Sequence record: DRR378314_405
DNA: 64,000 nt
Direction: 5' to 3' (one strand)
The notes beneath the pieces were generated by a model. It had not been told where the DNA came from. It saw only the letters and a program-made list of their open reading frames with translations, and searched no databases. A program made the position numbers and the translations under genes. The number at the start of each line of letters is the position of its first letter. Position 1 is the stretch's first letter. This document shows positions 58,965-64,000 of the stretch, in pieces.

Positions 58965-60254
58965 TTAGTTCATTGGCTTTTCACAGCCACCGCAGACATA
59001 TGGATATGTCCAGTCTGCGACCAGTTTTGCACTTTCTGGAATAAAGTTACTCCATGCATCCCCTTTAACGAGACCATCTGTGCTCCAGACAGTTTCGACC
59101 ATGCCATCATCCTGAATCTCGCCGATCAGAACCGGCTTGGACAGGTGGTGGTTTGTGTTCATGACAGCCATGCCGCCGGTCAGGTTCCTAACTTCCTGGC
59201 CATACATTGCCTGACGAACCGCATCAACTTCAGTAGTTCCAGCCTGCTTTACAGCCTGCACCCACATGTTAAAGCCGATGTAGGTTGCTTCCATTGGATC
59301 ATTTGTGACGCGCTTGTCATCCCCAATAAAGGCTTTCCATTTGGCAATGAACTCTTCATTTTCAGGAGATTCGACGCTCATGAAATAGTTCCAGGCGGCC
59401 AGATGACCAACCAATGGTTTCGTATCCAGACCTGCCAGCTCTTCTTCACCAACGGAGAACGCAACAACCGGAATGTCGTCTGCTTTCAAGCCCTGGTTTG
59501 CCAGTTCTTTATAGAAAGGCACATTGGCATCACCGTTAATGGTTGAAACAACTGCCGTTTTCTTACCAGCAGAGCCAAATTTCTTGATGTCAGATACAAT
59601 TGTCTGCCAATCGGAATGGCCGAACGGTGTGTAATTGATCATGATATCTTCTTGCGCGACACCTTTTGATTTCAAAAAGGCTTCAAGAATTTTGTTCGTC
59701 GTCCGTGGGTAAACATAATCTGTCCCTGCAAGCACCCAACGCTCTACGCTTCCGCCATCTTCGCTCATCAGATATTCAACAGCCGGAATCGCCTGCTGAT
59801 TTGGCGCTGCACCGGTGTAAAAGACATTGCGGGAGCTTTCTTCACCTTCATACTGAACAGGGTAGAAAAGCATGCTGTTCAGCTCTTCAAAAACAGGAAG
59901 CACTGATTTGCGGGACACAGACGTCCAACAACCAAAAACAACATCTACTTTTTCAACTTCAATCAACTCACGTGCTTTTTCAGCAAAAAGCGGCCAGTTG
60001 GAAGCTGGATCAACAACAACAGCCTCCACCTTTTTCCCAAGCAAACCGCCTTTTTTGTTCAGATCATCAACCAACATCAGAACAGAGTCTTTCAGGGTTG
60101 TCTCTGAAATCGCCATGGTACCAGACAGGGAGTGCAAAACCCCAACCTTGATCACATCAGCCGCGTTTGCAGATGGTGCTGCAACCCCCATTGCACCTGC
60201 AGCGATCACTGCCGCCGCCGATAATTTACTCACCACCTTTTTGAATTTGAACAT
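58965..60254 (-). CDS. urtA: Urea ABC transporter substrate-binding protein
   Basis: 'LHSLSGTMAISE', 'FGCWTSVSRK', 'YPVQYEG'. Confidence 0.96.
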   Translation of the reverse strand: MFKFKKVVSKLSAAAVIAAGAMGVAAPSANAADVIKVGVLHSLSGTMAISETTLKDSVLMLVDDLNKKGGLLGKKVEAVVVDPASNWPLFAEKARELIEVEKVDVVFGCWTSVSRKSVLPVFEELNSMLFYPVQYEGEESSRNVFYTGAAPNQQAIPAVEYLMSEDGGSVERWVLAGTDYVYPRTTNKILEAFLKSKGVAQEDIMINYTPFGHSDWQTIVSDIKKFGSAGKKTAVVSTINGDANVPFYKELANQGLKADDIPVVAFSVGEEELAGLDTKPLVGHLAAWNYFMSVESPENEEFIAKWKAFIGDDKRVTNDPMEATYIGFNMWVQAVKQAGTTEVDAVRQAMYGQEVRNLTGGMAVMNTNHHLSKPVLIGEIQDDGMVETVWSTDGLVKGDAWSNFIPESAKLVADWTYPYVCGGCEKPMN

Positions 60255-60297
60255 ATTCACCTCCGTTAGCTATTATTTTTGCACTGCAACAATATCC

Positions 60298-60312
60298 GCA
60301 AGGAACGTGCCA
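60298..60312 (-). promoter_or_regulatory. Sigma54 (-24/-12) promoter of the urt-ure operon
   Basis: Minus strand TGGCAC-GTTCC-TTGC. Confidence 0.85.
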
Positions 60313-60433
60313 GTTTCCTCAAATGAATTCAAAATCGAAGAAAGCCATTGGAATATATAGCGTTCTCAGAACAATGAAGGTCCCTTTGGGAGGCCCGCCA
60401 TCAGCTAGTTTTCTCGAACGCCCACAAATTAAT

Positions 60434-60450
60434 CGCCTATTTTTTAGGCA
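60434..60450. promoter_or_regulatory. Putative NtrC-type enhancer site
   Basis: CGCCTA-TTTTT-TAGGCA 17-bp palindrome about 120 bp upstream of the sigma54 site. Confidence 0.55.
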
Positions 60451-60673
60451 ATTAATTAAAAATTAACGCTTAGATTAAAATTTATGCGGTTCAGTATTTG
60501 CGAAAGAAGCTGAAAATTAACCATACTGCGACGCAACAAAAGAAATTCGGGTATTCTCATCAAGGCTAATCTGATTTAGACTGTGCCCTCTGAAATGGAT
60601 GCGGTTCCATTAGTGTATAGGACTCGGCAGGACTGAGACGGTGTGAAAGGGGGGCTTTCAAGTAAACACCAGA

Positions 60674-61573
60674 ATGAATTTTGCTGGCAAAAAGCTCAAT
60701 AACTATTACAAAGACCCGAGAAAGCTGTCTTCTCGGGAGCGGAAGCTTGTTGCCGAAAATACCCGCCTGAAAAAAAGAAACAGACGTCTATCGGGCGCGA
60801 TGGTGTATCTGGTCGGCCAGGTTGAAAAAAGACTACCGTTCTTTTCTGACAACTCGTCCACTCAAACCGCCTCGACGCCCCCTCAGCCTCTTCAAAAACC
60901 AACGCCCCGGCCAGCCGCAAATCCAGCCCCCCGGAAATCCCCCCAAAAACAGAAGATTGTTGGCGAGGCCTGGGAGCCGGAAAAACTCACCTCAAATCAG
61001 GCGGCACAAGCAGCAAAGCGAAAGCGCAAACCGCTCAATGAAATTCTTGAAACGACTTCATACAAAGTCGACATTTCTGAGGTCAGCTTTCATCAGGAGG
61101 CCGAAAAGAGAGTGCCCCTTTATGAGCGGGTTCAACATGAAACTGAACAGGAAATCGAGGCTGCAACGCCGGATGCGGTTGCAGAGGAAGCTGGTATCGA
61201 GGCTAAACCTCAGGACACTGATAACAGCCTACAAGAGGAGGCAGCGGGCATCGAGCATACGCCCGAGCTGGACCCGGACGAGATGAACCTGCTGGCGTCG
61301 CCAACCTGGGATAAAAAACAGGATGTTTTCCATCCACAACCTTCTGAGCTGATCACAGAAAGAAGCCCCAAGGCAACAAGTGCACAGGAAGCATCCGATG
61401 CCTACAAGGCCGTCGCTGTGTCCTCGCAACCGGTACCAGAGACACCGGTGAGCACCGAACCGGATGATGCAGATGCTGCGGATGAAGATGCACTATTAGC
61501 CGACCAACTGGCGCAGCAGCAGGATGTGATGCGCGCGGCCATGCTCCGTCGGGTCAACCGGCTTCGCTGGTGA
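60674..61573 (+). CDS. Hypothetical protein: basic coiled coil, acidic/Pro-rich disordered region, C-terminal helix
   Basis: 299-aa ORF filling the gap; compositional bias only. Confidence 0.65.
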   Translation: MNFAGKKLNNYYKDPRKLSSRERKLVAENTRLKKRNRRLSGAMVYLVGQVEKRLPFFSDNSSTQTASTPPQPLQKPTPRPAANPAPRKSPQKQKIVGEAWEPEKLTSNQAAQAAKRKRKPLNEILETTSYKVDISEVSFHQEAEKRVPLYERVQHETEQEIEAATPDAVAEEAGIEAKPQDTDNSLQEEAAGIEHTPELDPDEMNLLASPTWDKKQDVFHPQPSELITERSPKATSAQEASDAYKAVAVSSQPVPETPVSTEPDDADAADEDALLADQLAQQQDVMRAAMLRRVNRLRW

Positions 61574-61643
61574 CCCCTTTACATCCACCGACTTTTGCCA
61601 TAACTCAACACTAAATTCTTTCTGCCCAACTCGTGTATTTGCC

Positions 61644-62324
61644 GTGACCAATAGCCAACCTTATCCAGTTCTCTATAGCTTTCGAAGATGCCCCTACGCC
61701 ATGCGGGCCCGGATGATGCTTTTTTACGCCGACCTGAAGATAGAGTTGAAAGATATCCTGCTCAAAGACAAACCTACGGAAATGGTGAAGGTCAGTCCCA
61801 AGGCAACAGTGCCGGTTTTACTGCTGCCTACTGGCACCGTGCTTGAGGAAAGTCGCGATATCATGCTTTGGGCAGCCGAGCAAAACGATCCCCGCGACCT
61901 CTATCCGCAAGATGATCTGTTACGATCAGAAATTGCTGATCTGCTCGATGAAAATGATGGTCCCTACAAAACGGCTTTGGATAAATATAAATACCATGTT
62001 CGCTTCCCTGAACATTCCCGTGAATATTATCGCCAACAGGGAGAGCAGTTTTTCCAAAAACTGGAAGATCGCTTGAGCCGAGCAGCCTTCCTGATGGGTG
62101 AGCAGCCAACCCTGGCGGATGTTGGTATTTTTCCTTTCATCCGGCAGTTTGCCAACAGTGACCTGAACTGGTTTGACCAGGCACCCTATCCGCATCTAAG
62201 GGCCTGGCTTGCAGGATGGACCTCCTCAGAAGCGTTCATTCACCTGATGAAAAAACGTCCCATCTGGACAGAGGGCAACGCCCCTGTTTACTTCCCCGAT
62301 CTCACGACGACAGAGGCGGGTTGA
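61644..62324 (+). CDS. Glutathione S-transferase family protein
   Basis: 'LYSFRRCPYAMRAR', 'SPKATVPVL', 'LDKYKY', 'FPFIRQFA'. Confidence 0.9.
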   Translation: MTNSQPYPVLYSFRRCPYAMRARMMLFYADLKIELKDILLKDKPTEMVKVSPKATVPVLLLPTGTVLEESRDIMLWAAEQNDPRDLYPQDDLLRSEIADLLDENDGPYKTALDKYKYHVRFPEHSREYYRQQGEQFFQKLEDRLSRAAFLMGEQPTLADVGIFPFIRQFANSDLNWFDQAPYPHLRAWLAGWTSSEAFIHLMKKRPIWTEGNAPVYFPDLTTTEAG

Positions 62325-62821
62325 TGGAGGCGGTATATTTTGGCGAGAGTGATGCCATCTTCAGTGACTGCGAAAAATATCGCTATCGTCTTTGGCGGCG
62401 TTGGGATGATGGGCCGTCGATCGCTTTTTTAATGCTAAACCCATCAACTGCCGATGCTTTTCGCAATGATCCAACTGTTGAGCGATGCCACCGGCGGGCT
62501 GTTGCAATGGGATTTGGTGCATTGGAGGTTGTCAATATCTTCGCCTTTCGCGCTACAGATCCAAAAGATTTGAAAAAGGCTAAAGAACCAATTGGCCCCC
62601 TGAATGATCAAATCCTGCTGGAGACAAGCCAACATTGCGACATGACCGTTTGCGCCTGGGGCAGCCACGGCATTCATCGCGACCGGGATCAGGAAGTTCG
62701 GCATCTGCTGAAACAGTCCGGGGTCACTCCGCACATTCTGGCGCTGACAAAGTTCAATCAACCGCGCCACCCTCTTTATGTATCCTATTCCGAACGCCCA
62801 ATTCCCTGGACAGGTATTTGA
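62324..62821 (+). CDS. DUF1643-family protein
   Basis: 'YRYRLWRRW', 'FLMLNPSTAD...DPT', 'NIFAFRATDP', 'AWG', 'PRHPLY'; TGATG overlap with the GST stop. Confidence 0.85.
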   Translation: MEAVYFGESDAIFSDCEKYRYRLWRRWDDGPSIAFLMLNPSTADAFRNDPTVERCHRRAVAMGFGALEVVNIFAFRATDPKDLKKAKEPIGPLNDQILLETSQHCDMTVCAWGSHGIHRDRDQEVRHLLKQSGVTPHILALTKFNQPRHPLYVSYSERPIPWTGI

Positions 62822-62827
62822 ACCCAT

Positions 62828-63409
62828 ATGGCCAAGCTTTATTTCTATTATTCGACCATGAATGCCGGTAAATCGACCACGCTGCTGCAGTCGGCTTTTA
62901 ACTACCAGGAACGGGGCATGCAGACCCTTTTGCTGACGGCCGCGCTGGATGATCGATATGGACTTGGCAAGATCGCTTCGCGCATCGGGCTTGAGGCGGA
63001 AGCCAGCCTGTTCAGCGAGGATACCGATCTGTTACAACTGACCGAAGACACTCTTGAAAGTCGGTCCGTGGACTGCGTGCTTGTGGACGAAAGCCAATTT
63101 CTATCCGGTGACCAGGTTTTTCAACTTTCAGAGGTTGCGGACAAATTGAAAATTCCGGTTCTCTGTTATGGCTTACGTACAGATTTTCAGGGCAACCTTT
63201 TTGAAGGCAGCCAGCATCTGCTGGCTTGGGCGGATGAGCTGAAAGAACTGAAAACCATCTGCCATTGTGGACGCAAAGCAACCATGGTGATCCGGGTCGG
63301 GTCAGATGGAAAACCGCTTGTTGAAGGCGCGCAAAAGGAAATTGGCGGCAACGATAAATATGTCGCCCTTTGCCGCCTGCATTTTAAGCAAGCAACCTAC
63401 GGATCCTAA
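62828..63409 (+). CDS. tdk: Thymidine kinase
   Basis: 'MNAGKST', 'DESQF', 'YGLRTDF', Zn-binding CHC...CRLH. Confidence 0.96.
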   Translation: MAKLYFYYSTMNAGKSTTLLQSAFNYQERGMQTLLLTAALDDRYGLGKIASRIGLEAEASLFSEDTDLLQLTEDTLESRSVDCVLVDESQFLSGDQVFQLSEVADKLKIPVLCYGLRTDFQGNLFEGSQHLLAWADELKELKTICHCGRKATMVIRVGSDGKPLVEGAQKEIGGNDKYVALCRLHFKQATYGS

Positions 63410-63410
63410 G

Positions 63411-63797
63411 TCAGGTCCGATCCCGTTTGCGGATATCAACAAGGGCCGCCAATGCCAGGGAAGCCCACCCCAGAATTAAACAGATCCCGCCCGCCGGTGT
63501 AATATTAAACCCCAGATCAATATCGGACCAGGCCCGCAGATAAAGTGATCCGGAAAAAAGCACAATACCGAGGGTCGTCAGCAAAGCGGCAAGGGTCGCA
63601 AACCCATTGCCATATCGCCGCTTGATCAGAATATCAGCGACAACCAACGGCAGTAAGCTGAACATCTGATATTGCAAAGCCGTATTGTGAAAGCGGCTAG
63701 CTTGTTCATCACCGAGGACAATATGCGCGCCGACAGCTCCAAAAATAACGGCTGAGCCACCTAAAAGAGCCGCAAGCATCAACCAGGGAAATCGCAT
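63411..63797 (-). CDS. DUF423 (YgdD/TMEM256)-family membrane protein
   Basis: 'FGAVGAH', 'YQM', 'LFSGSLY', 'ITPAGG..LILGW'. Confidence 0.85.
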   Translation of the reverse strand: MRFPWLMLAALLGGSAVIFGAVGAHIVLGDEQASRFHNTALQYQMFSLLPLVVADILIKRRYGNGFATLAALLTTLGIVLFSGSLYLRAWSDIDLGFNITPAGGICLILGWASLALAALVDIRKRDRT

Positions 63798-63811
63798 CTG
63801 ACACCTTCAAT

Positions 63812-63843
63812 AAAAAAGCCGAAGCAAAATGCTCCGGCTTTTT
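63812..63843 (-). terminator. Intrinsic terminator
   Basis: AAAAAAGCCGAAGC-aaaat-GCTCCGGCTTTTT. Confidence 0.75.
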
Positions 63844-63862
63844 GAATAAGTCTCTTTAGCGC

Positions 63863-64000
63863 TTATGACAAGCTTGAAAACCGGCTCAAATGGAAATCCG
63901 TATTCCCAAACAGCATTTCCAGCGTTGTCAGCCGTTTGAAATAATGACCAATGGAATATTCATCAGTCATACCCATTCCACCATGCAGCTGCACCGATTG
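63863..64000 (-). CDS. Acyl-CoA dehydrogenase, C-terminal fragment (runs off the window)
   Basis: Minus strand reads QSVQLHGGMGMTDEYSIGHYFKRLTTLEMLFG...*; 'QLHGGMG' is the ACAD motif. Confidence 0.88.
   Translation of the reverse strand, partial: QSVQLHGGMGMTDEYSIGHYFKRLTTLEMLFGNTDFHLSRFSSLS

Noticed and set aside
1-64000. CRISPR arrays, tRNA/rRNA, IS elements, prophage, known anti-phage defence genes
   Set aside because: No regularly spaced repeats, RNA-gene signatures, transposase/integrase or defence motifs seen by eye

Overview
Chromosomal segment of about 52% GC (estimated by eye) from what looks like a marine alphaproteobacterium, inferred from gene content and regulatory motifs. I found no rRNA, tRNA, CRISPR array, integrase, transposase or prophage. 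It is dominated by nutrient-acquisition operons: a peptide/nickel-type ABC transporter; a complete heme uptake operon (hemP-hmuR-tonB-hmuS-exbBD-hmuTUV) preceded by a Fur-like box; a phnDCEE-like transporter with a HAD-IIA hydrolase preceded by a Pho-like box; and an urtABCDE-ureDABCEFG urea cluster preceded by sigma54 and NtrC-like sites. Around these lie a photolyase, three GSTs, a stand-alone flavin-dependent halogenase, a degenerate peptide deformylase, a beta-helix/diheme cytochrome pair and a GST-DUF1643-tdk operon. The most interesting unexplained signals are: (1) a structured, switch-like 5' leader (about 1590-1740) in front of a small uncharacterised protein; (2) repeats between the unannotated hemP ORF and the heme receptor; (3) a candidate CCUCCUCC-loop sRNA at about 36750-36850; (4) DUF1643, which has UDG-like motifs, coupled to thymidine kinase; (5) a metal-site-dead deformylase paralogue. 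All family assignments come from motif recognition by eye; no database searches or folding programs were run.
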